Assembly: GCF_000195855.1 (NCBI RefSeq)
Contig: NC_002677.1
Span: forward strand, 1,470,001 to 1,502,000
Length of the DNA stretch: 32,000 nucleotides
Direction: 5' to 3'
DNA from: Mycobacterium leprae TN
GTDB taxonomy: Bacteria > Actinomycetota > Actinomycetes > Mycobacteriales > Mycobacteriaceae
Position 1 is the stretch's first letter. Every line of letters begins with the position of its first letter. Made by a program: the position numbers and the translations under genes. Below, piece after piece: positions 20,899 through 32,000 of this stretch. The notes beneath the pieces were generated by a model that was not told the origin of the DNA, ran no database searches, and saw nothing but the letters and a program-made list of their open reading frames with translations.

Positions 20899-23800
20899 AT
20901 GACCATCGATCCCGGAGCTACGCATGTTGCCGAGCTGTGTACCACATTCACGCAGGGTGCGGACGTACCCGACTGGATCTCGAAGGCGTACATCGACAGC
21001 TATCGCGGTTCGCACGGCGACGTACGCGAAGCCCCCGAAACCAGTCGAGTCAATCCTAACGCCTTGGTGACGCCGGCCATGCTCAGCGCACACTATCGTC
21101 TAGGTCAGTGCCGACCGAACGGTAGGAACTGTGTCCGCGTCTATCCGGCAGATGACCCCGCAGGGTTCGGGCCCGCGCTGCAGATCGTCACCGACCATGG
21201 CGGCATGGTGATGGATTCTATTACCGTGCTTCTGCACCGGCTCGGGGTTACATACACGGCCATGATGACCCCAGTGTTCATGGTGCTTCGCAGCCCGACG
21301 GGGGAGTTGCTCGGCGTCGAACCTCGAGCTTCTAGTACGTCGCACTCCATCGAAGGGACTTGGGTCGGTGAGGTCTGGATATATATCCAGCTCTTGCCTG
21401 CTGTCGATAGTAAATCCCTAGCCGAGGTTGAACAGCTGCTGCCCCGGACCCTGGTTGACGTTCAGCGGGTTGCCGCTGACGCAGCAGCATTGAACGCCAC
21501 CTTGAGCGGTCTGGCCGCAGACGTCAAAACGAACAAAGAAGGCCACTTTTCGGCTTCTGACCGCGATGATGTCGCGGCGTTGTTGCACTGGCTGGGTAAC
21601 GGGAATTTTCTGCTTTTGGGTTACCAGCGCTGCCGGGTGCATTATGGTCTGGTCTCCTGCGACAGGTCAACCGGTCTCGGCGTGCTGCGTGCACGCACAG
21701 GCTCCCGGCCCCGGCTGACCGACGATAACGAATTGCTTGTCCTAGCGCAAGCTGCTGTCGGCAACTATCTGCGCTACGGGGCGTACCCGTATGCCATCGC
21801 GGTCCGTGAATACGACGATGGTGGGGACGGAGGTATTATTGAACACCGCTTCGTCGGGCTTTTCACGGTTGCTGCTATGAACGCAGATGTACTGGAGATT
21901 CCGTCGATCTCACACCGGGTTCGTGCGGCGCTTGCGATGGCCAACAGCGACCCCATTTATCCGGGCCAGCTATTACTTGACGTCATCCAGACCGTCCCGC
22001 GTTCGGAGCTTTTCACGCTGAGCGCTGAACGGCTTTTCACGATGGCCAAAGAGGTGGTAGATCTAGGATCTGGGCGGCGTGCGTTGTTGTTCCTGCGCGC
22101 TGATCGGCTGCAGTACTTCGTCTCCTGCTTGGTTTATGTACCTCGCGATCGCTACACCACAGGTGTGCGGTTGCAAATCGAGGATATCCTCGTTCGCGAG
22201 TTCGGTGGTACGCAAGTGGAATTTACTGCACGAGTTAGTGAATCACCTTGGGCGTTAATGCATTTTATGGTCCGTCTGTCCGAAGGTGCTGCGACGGGCT
22301 CAGTCGACGTCTCGGAAGGCAATCGGATCCGGATCCAGGCGATGTTGAGTGAAGCTGCACGGACATGGTCTGACCGGCTAATCGCAGCCGCGGCTTCATT
22401 CTCTGAGGGTTCCGTCTCGTATGCTGAAGCCGAGCATTACGCGGCGACCTTCTCCGAAACCTACAAACAAGCTGTCACTCCGGCCGATGCGATTGACCAC
22501 ATAGCCATCATCAAAGAGTTGGCCGATGATTCAGTTAAGTTGGTGTTCTTCGAGCGGAAAGCGGATGGGTTCGCCCAGCTGACTTGGTTCTTGGGTGGGC
22601 GCAGTGCCTCCCTGAGCCAGCTGCTCCCCATGCTGCAAAGCATGGGCGTTGTTGTGCTTGAGGAGCGACCGTTTACCGTCGCCCGAACCGATGGCTTGCC
22701 GGTATGGATCTATCAGTTCAAGATCTCGCCGCATCCGACAATTCCGCTGGCGTCGACAGCGAATGAGCGGGAGCTTACCGCAAAACGATTCTCCGATGCA
22801 GTTACCGCCATCTGGCAGGGCCGCGTCGAGATCGACCGGTTCAACGAGTTAGTGATGCGTGCAAGGCTGACCTGGCAGCAGGTCGTGCTACTGCGTGCTT
22901 ACGCGAAGTACTTACGGCAGGCGGGTTTCAACTATAGTCAGTCCTACATCGAATCGGTGCTCAATGAGCACCCTTCCACCGCTCGATCACTGGTCGCATT
23001 GTTCGAAGCGCTATTCGATCCCAGCCCGTTGAGTTCGTCAACGAACTGTGATGCGCAAGCGGCCGCTGCAGCTGTCGCTGCGGACATCGATGCCTTGGTG
23101 AGTTTGGACACCGACCGCATTCTTCGTGCCTTTGCATCTCTGGTTCAGGCCACCCTAAGAACCAATTACTTTGTGACACAAAAATTTTCTGCTCGCAGCA
23201 AAGGTGTACTTGTCCTCAAACTCGATGCACAGCTGATCAACGAGTTGCCGCTGCCGCGGCCCAAGTTCGAGATCTTCGTGTATTCGCCTCGTGTCGAGGG
23301 CGTGCACCTGAGGTTCGGTGCGGTGGCGCGTGGTGGGCTGCGTTGGTCCGACCGACTGGATGATTTCCGCACAGAAATTCTGGGTCTGGTTAAGGCACAG
23401 GCGGTCAAGAACGCCGTTATCGTGCCGGTCGGCGCCAAGGGCGGGTTCGTGCTCAAGCGGCCGCCCCTGCCCACCGGCGACGCCGCTGCCGACCGCGACG
23501 CTATGAGAGCCGAAGGTATCGCCTGCTACCAGCTGTTTATTTCTGGTCTGCTCGACATTACTGACAACGTCGACCACGCGACCGGAAAAGTTAACGCGCC
23601 GCCCCAGGTGGTGCGACGTGACAGCGACGACGCCTACTTGGTGGTGGCCGCGGACAAAGGCACTGCCACGTTTTCCGACATCGCCAACGATGTCGCCAAG
23701 TCCTACGGATTCTGGCTGGGCGACGCCTTCGCCTCCGGTGGATCGGTGGGCTATGACCACAAGGCCATGGGCATTACTGCCAAAGGCGCGTGGGAAGCCG

Positions 23801-25767
23801 TCAAACGACACTTCCGGGAGATGGGGGTGGACACTCAAAATGAGGACTTCACCGTTGTGGGTATCGGCGATATGAGCGGCGACGTGTTCGGTAACGGCAT
23901 GCTGCTTAGCAAGCACATCAGGCTGATCGCTGCTTTCGATCATCGGCATGTTTTCCTTGACCCGGACCCTGATGCCGCGGTTTCCTGGGCTGAACGGCAG
24001 CGGATGTTTGATCTGCCGCGATCCAGCTGGGACGACTACAACAAGTCGTTGATCAGCGAGGGTGGCGGTGTGTATAGTCGCGAGCAGAAAGCCATCCCGA
24101 CCAGTCCGCAGGTCCGCACTGCCCTGGGCATCGATGGCGAAGTAACCGAAATGGCACCGCCCAACTTGATCCGGGCAATTCTGCAAGCACCGGTGGATTT
24201 GCTGTTTAACGGCGGCATTGGCACCTACATCAAGGCTGAAACTGAGTCCGTTGCCGACGTCGGCGATCGCGCGAACGATCCGGTGCGAGTCAACGCAAAT
24301 CAGGTACGCGCCAAGGTTATCGGCGAAGGTGGAAACCTCGGGGTTACCGCGTTGGGCCGCGTCGAGTTCGATCTGTCCGGTGGACGGATCAATACCGACG
24401 CGATGGACAACTCTGCCGGCGTGGACTGTTCCGACCATGAGGTTAACATCAAGATCCTGATCGACTCACTGGTCACCGCTGGCAAGGTGAAAGTCGAGGA
24501 GCGTAAACACCTGTTGGAGTCGATGACCGACGAAGTCGCACGTTTGGTACTTACCGACAACGAGGACCAGAATGACTTGATCGGCACCAGTCGCGCCAAC
24601 GCAGCCAACATGCTCTCAGTGCACGCGATGCAGATCAAATACCTGGTGGACGAACGCGGAGTCAACCGCGAATTGGAAGCGCTGCCTTCAGAGAAGGAGA
24701 TTCAAAGGCGGTCCGAGGCCGGCATCGGCCTTACCTCGCCCGAGCTCTCGACGCTGATGGCACACGTCAAGCTGGCACTTAAAGAGCAGATGTTGGCCAC
24801 CGAACTGCCGGACCAGGATGTCTTCGTGTCGAGGTTGCCACGATACTTCCCCAAGCCGCTGCGCGAGCGTTTCACCCCGGAAATCCGCTCGCACCAGCTG
24901 CGCCGAGAAATCGTCACCACCATGCTGATCAACGATCTGGTAGACACCGCCGGCATCAGCTACGCTTTCCGGATCGCCGAGGATATCGGGGTCGGGCCGA
25001 TTGATGCGATACGTACCTATGTCGCCACCGACGCCATCTTTGGTGTGGGTGATGTATTGCGGCGTATTCGTGCGGCAAATTTGTCGGTCGTGCTGTCGGA
25101 TCGAATGACGTTGGATACCCGTCGGCTGATCGACCGCGCCGGACGATGGCTACTTAACTATCGTCCGCAACCGTTAGCCGTCGGCGCCGAGATCAACCGA
25201 TTTGCCGCGAAGGTTAAGGCGCTAACGCCGCGGATGTCAGAGTGGTTGCGCGGTGACGACCAGGCCATCGTCGAACAGCAAGCCACAGAATTCGTGTCGC
25301 AGGGTGCTCCCGAAGACTTGGCCTACCGGGTTGCGGTTGGGCTATATCGCTACAGTCTGCTTGACATCATTGACATCGCCGACATCACCGAGCTCGACCC
25401 GGCCGAGGTCGCAGACACTTATTTCTCCCTGATGGACCGGCTGGGCACCGATGGATTGCTCACGGCGGTGTCCAAACTACCCCAAAATGACCGCTGGCAT
25501 TCTTTGGCGCGTTTGGCGATTCGTGACGACATCTATGCTTCCCTGCGATCGTTGTGTTTCGATGTGCTTGCCGTTGGAGAGCCTGATGAAAGCGGTGAAG
25601 AGAAGATCGCCGAGTGGGAGCACATCAGCGCTTCCCGGGTGGAAAGGGCACGTTTAATGCTTGCCGAGATCCACGCTAGCGGTGAGAAGGATCTCGCGAC
25701 GTTGTCGGTTGCGGCACGTCAGATCCGCCGCATGACCCGCACCAGTGGACGTGGGTCGTCGGGGTGA
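20899..25767 (+). CDS. gdh: Large (about 180 kDa) NAD-dependent glutamate dehydrogenase (Rv2476c-like)
   Basis: Intact ORF of 1,622 aa from ATG 20899 (1,627 aa if GTG 20884 is used). Motifs '[12 protein letters not shown]', '[42 protein letters not shown]', '[48 protein letters not shown]', '[17 protein letters not shown]', '[16 protein letters not shown]'. Confidence 0.96.
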   Translation: MTIDPGATHVAELCTTFTQGADVPDWISKAYIDSYRGSHGDVREAPETSRVNPNALVTPAMLSAHYRLGQCRPNGRNCVRVYPADDPAGFGPALQIVTDHGGMVMDSITVLLHRLGVTYTAMMTPVFMVLRSPTGELLGVEPRASSTSHSIEGTWVGEVWIYIQLLPAVDSKSLAEVEQLLPRTLVDVQRVAADAAALNATLSGLAADVKTNKEGHFSASDRDDVAALLHWLGNGNFLLLGYQRCRVHYGLVSCDRSTGLGVLRARTGSRPRLTDDNELLVLAQAAVGNYLRYGAYPYAIAVREYDDGGDGGIIEHRFVGLFTVAAMNADVLEIPSISHRVRAALAMANSDPIYPGQLLLDVIQTVPRSELFTLSAERLFTMAKEVVDLGSGRRALLFLRADRLQYFVSCLVYVPRDRYTTGVRLQIEDILVREFGGTQVEFTARVSESPWALMHFMVRLSEGAATGSVDVSEGNRIRIQAMLSEAARTWSDRLIAAAASFSEGSVSYAEAEHYAATFSETYKQAVTPADAIDHIAIIKELADDSVKLVFFERKADGFAQLTWFLGGRSASLSQLLPMLQSMGVVVLEERPFTVARTDGLPVWIYQFKISPHPTIPLASTANERELTAKRFSDAVTAIWQGRVEIDRFNELVMRARLTWQQVVLLRAYAKYLRQAGFNYSQSYIESVLNEHPSTARSLVALFEALFDPSPLSSSTNCDAQAAAAAVAADIDALVSLDTDRILRAFASLVQATLRTNYFVTQKFSARSKGVLVLKLDAQLINELPLPRPKFEIFVYSPRVEGVHLRFGAVARGGLRWSDRLDDFRTEILGLVKAQAVKNAVIVPVGAKGGFVLKRPPLPTGDAAADRDAMRAEGIACYQLFISGLLDITDNVDHATGKVNAPPQVVRRDSDDAYLVVAADKGTATFSDIANDVAKSYGFWLGDAFASGGSVGYDHKAMGITAKGAWEAVKRHFREMGVDTQNEDFTVVGIGDMSGDVFGNGMLLSKHIRLIAAFDHRHVFLDPDPDAAVSWAERQRMFDLPRSSWDDYNKSLISEGGGVYSREQKAIPTSPQVRTALGIDGEVTEMAPPNLIRAILQAPVDLLFNGGIGTYIKAETESVADVGDRANDPVRVNANQVRAKVIGEGGNLGVTALGRVEFDLSGGRINTDAMDNSAGVDCSDHEVNIKILIDSLVTAGKVKVEERKHLLESMTDEVARLVLTDNEDQNDLIGTSRANAANMLSVHAMQIKYLVDERGVNRELEALPSEKEIQRRSEAGIGLTSPELSTLMAHVKLALKEQMLATELPDQDVFVSRLPRYFPKPLRERFTPEIRSHQLRREIVTTMLINDLVDTAGISYAFRIAEDIGVGPIDAIRTYVATDAIFGVGDVLRRIRAANLSVVLSDRMTLDTRRLIDRAGRWLLNYRPQPLAVGAEINRFAAKVKALTPRMSEWLRGDDQAIVEQQATEFVSQGAPEDLAYRVAVGLYRYSLLDIIDIADITELDPAEVADTYFSLMDRLGTDGLLTAVSKLPQNDRWHSLARLAIRDDIYASLRSLCFDVLAVGEPDESGEEKIAEWEHISASRVERARLMLAEIHASGEKDLATLSVAARQIRRMTRTSGRGSSG

Positions 25768-26190
25768 GTGCGGGGTTCGTTGTGGCCGTGCTGGTCCGGT
25801 GATCGGACATCGACATGTATCATTACATCAACTACGCGACTATGGTCACGATTATCGAAGAGGCGCGTGTTTCTTTTCGCACAAGCGTTTTGGCGTCGAC
25901 ATCACTTTAACTGGTTCGCTGATGTCCGGGTCACTATACACAAGCGTCAGCTGCGACTGGACCGATTCACCATTACAGGTGACGATATGAGTGTAGCGGT
26001 TGCGGGCGATGGACTTCACCACTCGGTTACGAGGTGCGTTCGGTCAATGCTGATCCCGAGTCCAAACCTGTTGTTATTGTTCGAGTCGCAGCTGGCTGCG
26101 TATTCACATCGACGAGCAGCGGTTGGTGTGACTCTTGCCGCATCGTCGGGAGTATTGGGTATCTGCAACAGTGGCAACGATAACTGAGTG
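25766..26190 (+). pseudogene. Decayed acyl-CoA thioesterase, 4HBT/hotdog fold (Rv2475c-like)
   Basis: Frames give 'VRWSDIDMYHYINYATMVTIIEEARV', 'ADVRVxxxKRQLRLDRFTITGDDMSVAVAGDGLHHSVTRCVRS', 'FESQLAAYSHRR'. Broken by frameshifts. Directly downstream of gdh as in M. tuberculosis. Confidence 0.75.
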
Positions 26191-26563
26191 GGGACTGTGG
26201 TTGGGCCCAGACATTAGGGCCGCCCATCGAGTGGATCTGGCCACGTTCGTCGATCGTGTGGTGCGGCTCGACCAGGCTGCGGTTATCAAACTTCGGGTAC
26301 ACTGTGCCGGATTGCGGACGGTATGGATGGCAACCGGTTTCGACTTGCTAGCCGCGCCTAGTGGTAGTTTGCCAATGTGCAGACCAGCGATTTGTTTTTC
26401 GGCGCAAACGCATGAGTGTGCAGCCTGTCCGCGATGGATGCCTCGTGCTATATTAGTCTGGTTTTCTCGATGGACTCAGCCTGGCGAGGTGTGTTGTCTC
26501 CAGAATCTGGCTTCGCCAACATCCATGACGTACCGGCCCTGGTGATGCTGGATTTGGCGTAGT
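26190..26563 (+). pseudogene. Probable decayed conserved hypothetical gene (position of Rv2474c)
   Basis: Fragmentary plus-strand frames after the 4HBT relic, ending 'SGFANIHDVPALVMLDLA*'. Assigned mainly by position. Confidence 0.35.
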
Positions 26564-27045
26564 GTGGCGCGCGGCTCGCTAAGGAGCACAGCAGTTACCG
26601 TGGTTCGCCGGTTTTCCTGCTTGGTCAGGGGAGGTCATTCAGGTCAGTTCTAGAGACGTCAGTGTGGGGGCCATCTATGCGCTGTGTGTTCGCTTTGATC
26701 GCTCGCAATGGTTTTTCTGCCGCAGTCACCGGATGCGGTCGACATCGTGGCCATCCGGCTATAGGCACTGCGTTAGTATGCTGAAACTAACCAGGCTGCG
26801 GTATCTGGCAGTAATTGGTCACCCATCAGTGGTGTGTTGGCAAGTATGCATTCTCCTGCTGGCAGCGCCAGCGTACGGTCGCTGGCGTTAAATGTGTATA
26901 CTAGTCTGCCGCCGCACCGGCCGGAATATCCGCGAATCGCGTAGCGCGGTCAGCCGCTCTATCTTGCTACCATCAAATTCGGCTCACTCCTTGTGTGATT
27001 TCAACGTTTGGCTAAAGAACGACAACGTTGAGTTGGCGTCCGGTG

Positions 27046-28155
27046 CGCTATTTTTCTAAGGTCAGCGTCACCCAAGCCGTAGGCATTGGCAGCCAGGTGT
27101 CAAACAGACGGGGATAAACCGATATGCGGAGCAACACCTTACCAGGGAATTGGAACCCAATACCGGGCGCGGCCAAGGTCGGTATGTCCTGAGCGTTCCC
27201 AGGTCGGGTCCTGCAATGCCGCGTCATGCAGGTCCACGTCGGGCAACTCCAGTTTCTGATCATTATAGATGAACACCGCGCTCGGTAGGACAAGCATCAC
27301 CATCGCCATGACCCGCGCTCGGAGCAGTCCGTTATTGCCGCCCCCATAGCGGGTGACGTCCCGACCTACGTCATGATGGCCAGTGTCCAGGTTGGGATCG
27401 CGTTTTCGATCTACGTGGCCGTACGTGAGTTCTGCACCGCGTCGTGAATGGCGGCAGCGTCGAAGTTGATGATCTGCGCCAGGAGGAAATTGAAGCTGAG
27501 GTGTAGTTCGTCAGACCGCAGGTAATTCGGTCCACCGGGCATTGTCGGTGACTTAATACTTCGCCGATGATCGCCGCGCCAGGATAGTCGTGGACGACCG
27601 TGCCAATATCGCGGTTAATCGCTTGCACACTTGGGTGGTTGAAGCGCCGGTTGTCGTCGGTATGGTGCAACACCCCTGGTCTCGTTTACCTGTGAGTTCG
27701 GCAGGCCGGGCGGCTTGGCCATCCCGTGCGGCCACATCGATGTGGAAGCCATCCACGCCGTGTCCCAGCCAGAAGCGCAGCGTTTTCTCGAAGTCGTCGA
27801 AGACATCTCAGGTGGTCCCAGTTCAAATCGGGCTGCTCGGTGTCGAAGAGGTGCAGATACCACCTGGCCGGGGGTGCTGTCCGGTTCGTCCACCCGTTTC
27901 CAGGCCGGCCTGCCGAACAACGGGTCGATGTCACGAGGATCGGCGACGTCGTAACTATGGTCGGCTATTGGTGAGACAGTGACGGAGTGGGTCCAAATCG
28001 CTTTGATACCGAGCAATTCCAGGTGCCTCTGCCGGGTTGTGAAACCGTCCAGGCTGCCCACCCCGTAGCCGTTGCTGTCAGCGAACGACTGCGGATAGAA
28101 CTGGTAGAACACCGCGGTCGACCACCACGGCTGGGTCTCGTGGCCCGACATCAAG
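27046..28155 (-). pseudogene. aglA: Decayed alpha-glucosidase, GH13 family (aglA/Rv2471-like)
   Basis: Minus-strand frames: '[36 protein letters not shown]', 'RHLELLGIKAIWTHSVTVSPIADHSYDVADPRDIDPLFG', 'DDNRRFNHPSVQAINRDIGTVVHDYPGAAIIGEV', 'FDTWLPMPTAWVTLTLEK'. Frameshifts and gaps; too short for a full GH13 enzyme. Confidence 0.85.
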
Positions 28156-28546
28156 ACGCGGAGTTCACGAGGGAGTGTGCGGCCATCTCCAAATAGTCGA
28201 GCAACTCCCGTCGATGCTCGTTGTCGAGGGTATGCGAGTCGATGGAGGCGACGGCGGTGTGCATGCACCGCAGCCAAGCGTCGCGCTCGATGGCAGTGAT
28301 CCGGAAAGGAGCGTGACGCATACGCAACCGCGGATGGCCGCGTTGACTGGAGTATGTTCGCGGACCACCCCAGTATTGCTCGAGGAACATGCGCAATCGT
28401 TCTTCGGCGCCGGCCAGGTCGTCTGCGGGATACAACTCACGCAGTATCTCATCTTCAGGAACCTGCGCATAAAAGCGTGACACAATCGCTTTGAAGGTCT
28501 CGGCCCCGCCGATAGCGTCGTAGAAAGATTGCTGCACCTGATCCAT
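28151..28546 (-). CDS. glbO: Truncated hemoglobin, group II (trHbO)
   Basis: Intact ORF '[83 protein letters not shown]...', the trHbO signature. The track ORF starts 3 codons upstream (28555). Confidence 0.95.
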
Positions 28547-28705
28547 CTCTTCCATTGTGGTGTATCGCCTGGGTGATAACCGGAGGTGGGCTTAAGCCAA
28601 TAGGTGGTTCCTGGTGTTCACCAGATCGACATGGCATACACTCAGCGATTGGTGTGCGGTCAGCGGCGAATCATGGTGGACTGTTTCGCGGAGGACTTAG
28701 ATTTA

Positions 28706-29353
28706 ATGGTGCAGCGCAAGAATCGCCGCAGCCATCGCAGTTCCGGGGCCGCGGCAAACCTGATCAGGGCTGCTAACCCCTCATCCCTGCACAATGTTGA
28801 TATCCACCCGTCCACCTGCTATGAGAGCGGATCAATTTGGAATCGCCGGCGGGTGTTGCTGCTGAATTCCACCTACGAGCCGCTCACCGCATTGCCGACG
28901 CGGCGGGCGATCATTATGGTGATCTGCGGCAAGGCCGACGTCGTGCACGTGGATCCGGCCGGGCCGGTCGTCCATTCGGCAACCAGGTCGATCACGGTGC
29001 CGTCGGTGATCCAACTGCGGTCCTATGTTCGGGTTCCGTATCGAGCCCGTGTCCCGATGACCCGCGCTGCGCTAATGCATCGGGACCGCTTTTGCTGTGC
29101 CTATTGCGGAGCCAAGGCCGATACCGTCGATCACGTGGTGCCACGTAGCCGCGGTGGTGACCACTCCTGGGAGAACTGTGTTGCGTGTTGTTCGACATGT
29201 AACCACCGCAAGGGTGACAAGCTGCTTACCGAACTTGGCTGGGTACTGCGCCGGACGCCGGTGCTGCCGACAGGTCAACACTGGCGGCTATTGTCGACGG
29301 TCAAAGAACTGGATCCGGCGTGGGCTCGATATCTTGGTGGGGGCGCCGCTTAA
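28706..29353 (+). CDS. HNH endonuclease family protein (Rv2469c-like)
   Basis: ORF 28604..29353 with internal start ATG 28706 (MVQRKNRRSHRSS...). HNH core 'RFCCAYCGAKADTVDHVVPRSRGGDHSWENCVACCSTCNHRKGDKL'. Confidence 0.9.
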   Translation: MVQRKNRRSHRSSGAAANLIRAANPSSLHNVDIHPSTCYESGSIWNRRRVLLLNSTYEPLTALPTRRAIIMVICGKADVVHVDPAGPVVHSATRSITVPSVIQLRSYVRVPYRARVPMTRAALMHRDRFCCAYCGAKADTVDHVVPRSRGGDHSWENCVACCSTCNHRKGDKLLTELGWVLRRTPVLPTGQHWRLLSTVKELDPAWARYLGGGAA

Positions 29354-29580
29354 GCTGGATTTCCCGGCATCCGCAGTGGTCCGTCTTAGCTCTAGGTGGC
29401 GCGCGTGCGACCTTAAACGTGTTGAGTTTACACTCACCGTGCTGGCCAAATCTGCTTCCGAAGGGGCCAGCGGCTTCCGCACGTAAGTAAGTACCGCTCG
29501 GGCTCACATTGCCGCCGGGCTGGGTCTAAAATTTGCTTTCACATGCGCCGGTCGCGCTAGTGGTGGGATAGGTTTGCTTC

Positions 29581-29817
29581 GTGAGCATGCTGCAAATCCA
29601 TCTTTGTTTCGTTGGTATCCCATTGTTGCTGGTGGTCATGCTGGCAGTGCCCATCCTGTCCCGTAAAGGGCCCTATCCCGCGACCTATAGATTGGGCGAG
29701 AGGTGGACGCATCCGCCCATCCTATGGGCTGCCATCGACGAAGTTGTCAGTGACGGGCACGGGGGCTATGGGGCATCAGAGTTCACAGTCGGAGGTGGCG
29801 CCAGTGGTACGTGGTGA
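29581..29817 (+). CDS. Small membrane-anchored conserved hypothetical protein (78 aa)
   Basis: GTG start, one N-terminal hydrophobic helix '[19 protein letters not shown]' followed by '[16 protein letters not shown]'. 3' end overlaps the next gene. Confidence 0.6.
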   Translation: MSMLQIHLCFVGIPLLLVVMLAVPILSRKGPYPATYRLGERWTHPPILWAAIDEVVSDGHGGYGASEFTVGGGASGTW

Positions 29818-30259
29818 TGTTGTAACTGAGCTACCCAAGGGGTGGGTGATCACCACCAGCGGACGGGTCTCCGGGGTTACCGAGCCCGGGGACCGGTCAG
29901 TGCACTACCCATTTCCAATCAAAGACCTCGTCGCCCTGGACGACGCGCTAACATACAGCTCTCGGGCATCTCACGCCCGGTTCGCTGTTTACCTCGGTGA
30001 CCTGGGCAATGATACAGCAGCACTAGCTCGCGAAATCCTAGCCCAGGTGCCGACGCCGGACGACGCGGTGCTAGTCGCCGTTTCACCGAACCAGTGCGCC
30101 ATCGAGGTGGTTTACGGCTCGCAGGTCCGGGGTCGTGGCGCCGAGTCGGCAGCACCACTGGGTGTTGCCGCGGCTTCTTCGGCCTTCGAGCAAGGGAACC
30201 TGATCGATGGGCTGATCAGCGCGGTCCGCGTGCTCAGTGCGGGGATTTCCCGGTCTTAG
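29804..30259 (+). CDS. Conserved mycobacterial hypothetical protein (Rv2468c-like; possibly DUF5130)
   Basis: Frame of ORF 29612..30259. Coherent protein '[105 protein letters not shown]...'. Start set at GTG 29804 (approximate). Confidence 0.75.
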   Translation: MVRGDVVTELPKGWVITTSGRVSGVTEPGDRSVHYPFPIKDLVALDDALTYSSRASHARFAVYLGDLGNDTAALAREILAQVPTPDDAVLVAVSPNQCAIEVVYGSQVRGRGAESAAPLGVAAASSAFEQGNLIDGLISAVRVLSAGISRS

Positions 30260-30261
30260 GG

Positions 30262-30960
30262 TGGTGGTGTTGTGGTGGGCTGGTGGGGTGTGGGTGGTTG
30301 ATCTGCGCTAGAAGGTTGCCGTATGTGCCGCCGACGGCCGGATCATCGATGCACTGTTCACTAACACGATACTGCTGCACCCGGCGGCATGCCTGCTTGC
30401 TGGCTGAGGGCCGGTCAACAAGCCGCCGACACCGATACCAGCGGCAGAAATGGTGCAAGGGATAACATCAGGTGCGAATAGTTATACCGTGCACGGGGAC
30501 GTGCCTGTTCAGGTGCGGCCACATTGACCACGCCGACACCTCAAGGCCATGACATGCACACTAAAACGCCCCTACCCCGCGGCGCTAACAACTATCCTCA
30601 CACTCACGCCTGCATCGATATCGCCTTCAGCACAGCCCAGGTGCCCAGCCCCTGGCATCATCAACATGTAGACCAAGCAGCATCCACCACCGACATGCTT
30701 ACGTGCGCCGCGCTAATCGTGTCCACTGCGGCAAAGCACACGAAGCCTCATCGAAAGCAGGCAGTCAGCCACCCACCAACAAAAACCCCGCAACACAGCA
30801 AAACACGTCAACAGGATTCCGGGCTGCCCCCCACGACTACCGAACATATCGGCCAGTCATAAAACGCAAAAACAGCCATTTCACCCACCACCTATGAAAC
30901 CAACCGAACAACTCACCGCCACAGACACAAGACAGCAGAGCCCGGGAACCGCACGATTTT
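30262..30960 (-). repeat. RLEP dispersed repeat of M. leprae (boundaries approximate)
   Basis: Contains the sites I remember for RLEP diagnostic primers: LP2 (caccgataccagcggcagaa) at 30430-30449, and the reverse complement of LP1 (tgcatgtcatggccttgagg) at 30539-30558. Spacing is exactly the expected 129-bp amplicon. LP3/LP4 cores (tgaggtgtcggcgtggtc / cagaaatggtgcaaggga) are also present. Confidence 0.9.
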
Positions 30961-31779
30961 TGACGCCACTCAGGCCAAGTTGGCAACCACGTGGTAGGGC
31001 CTTTTTAGACCAGGCTGCGAAACCTGCCGCAAATGTTGCCGCGGCTTGACGGGTTCATGCGGTTTGATGCCGTTGATGGCTGGCCTCGATTGCCGGCCTG
31101 GATTACGGCGGCTTTATGTCGGCTCTGGTGCTCGTGCCGTACAGCCGACGGCGATGCTGAATTCCGATGTCAGAACACCTTTACTTTATCTAGCTGCCAT
31201 TGCTTTGCTGTCGCACAGCATGCTCGACGGTTGGCGAGCTGTGGGGCCACTCGCAGCGGAGTTGGCCAGCACCGAACGGGTCGATCGCTGTGTCCTGGCG
31301 GTTACTCGGCTGTTGATCGGGTTGTTATGAGGCAGCGTTTGGGGTGCACGTCGACTATGTCGACACCGACCAGCAGTGGCTAGCAGCCGCCGAGAAATTC
31401 GGAGTTATGTCACACGATCGGGTAAAGTTGGGCAAGTCTTGGGATCGGCACCCCGCTACCTTGTATATTGCCGCAGATTTCGCGACGTTACGCGCGACGT
31501 GGCGGACGGCATCTGTACTGATAGCGGGATCTACTACCAACCCGTGTTAGATGATGCCGTTATTCTTGATGTACACTCGTGGGTACGGTTTGTTCCTGGG
31601 CACGTCGATGCGCGCACCGTCATTCCGCGCATTTTGGACATGCTTGCCGAGGTATGAGCTTTGTTGCCGGCCGTTGAGCACGTGGTTGCATAGGAAGATG
31701 CCCCATGAGCTTGGCTAACGATGGACGAGCAAGACTGTCTTCGCCAGGGGGTAGGCTTGCACCGGCTCAGGCAATGTCG

Positions 31780-31990
31780 CCGACGACGACCCCGGTCCGG
31801 CACAGCTGCCGCGCACAATCCATGGCAACTGCTGAATGTCTGGGCCGTCGGAGCTGGCGGACATAATCTGGGTGTTGGTGTGATATGCATGTTGCGGCGG
31901 GTGAAGTGCACGTTGGCTTCGTTGGCGGCTAGAACGTTTTTGATCCAGTCAGTTTTTCCCGTGACCCAGCGTGATTGCCAACACATTGAC
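31780..31990 (-). pseudogene. Possible fragment of a deazaflavin-dependent nitroreductase-like (DUF385) gene
   Basis: Minus frames read 'VNVLAITLGHGK' + 'TDWIKNVLAANEANVHFTRRNMHITPTPRL', resembling the DUF385 pattern VNVxxxxxGY..ALTYGxxxDWVKNVLAAGxxxxxxRGRxxxLTxPRL. Confidence 0.4.
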
Positions 31991-32000
31991 TTCGCAGTAG

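Noticed and set aside
20388-25000. Many antisense ORFs opposite ettA and gdh, the longest being 427 aa at 23155-24438 minus
   Set aside because: GC-rich codon structure of the real plus-strand genes keeps the antisense frame open. No family motif is visible and the plus-strand proteins are clearly conserved.
25370-25400. Short repeat gacatcattgacatcgccgacatcaccgag as a minisatellite
   Set aside because: It encodes a conserved '[11 protein letters not shown]' segment of the gdh protein and is imperfect, so it is explained by coding constraint.
30234-30458. 74-aa minus-strand ORF with Pro/His-rich tail
   Set aside because: It lies inside the RLEP repeat; repeated sequence in an open frame is not evidence of a gene.
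1-32000. CRISPR arrays, phage genes, IS transposases, toxin-antitoxin or other defence modules
   Set aside because: Searched by eye. No regularly spaced repeats, no transposase or integrase motifs, and no TA pair were seen. The HNH protein belongs to a conserved mycobacterial chromosomal family with no defence partners nearby.

Overview
The window reads as Mycobacterium leprae chromosome in reductive decay. It holds a few intact genes in a field of pseudogenes. Intact genes: an enoyl-CoA hydratase/isomerase (echA12-like); an overlapping lipid-acylation block (WS/DGAT-like acyltransferase, HAD phosphatase + PlsC fusion, PlsB2-like acyltransferase); an EttA-type ABC-F ATPase; a large ~1,620-aa NAD-dependent glutamate dehydrogenase; truncated hemoglobin GlbO; an HNH endonuclease; a small membrane ORF overlapping a conserved mycobacterial hypothetical gene; and a tRNA-Arg(TCT). 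Reading short frames together gives these recognisable decayed genes: a modular PKS of KS-AT-ACP layout (pks9-like) with Gln at the KS active-site Cys position; a type III PKS (pks11-like); an ABC-F ATPase; a large adenylate-cyclase-like/ATPase regulator of the Rv2488c type; an esterase (lipQ-like); an SSB-like protein; a 4HBT thioesterase; an Rv2474c-like tail; an alpha-glucosidase (aglA-like); and a possible nitroreductase/DUF385-like fragment. An RLEP repeat lies at about 30.26-30.96 kb, supported by sites matching the published LP1/LP2 RLEP primers (from memory) spaced exactly 129 bp apart. I found no CRISPR array, phage island, toxin-antitoxin pair or convincing new biological system. The best leads are the KSQ-like PKS relic, the junction of syntenic blocks, the RLEP directly after a stop codon, the Lys/Ala-rich tail on the PlsC fusion, and small tandem duplications usable as typing markers. 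All gene identities come from remembered protein families and were not searched.
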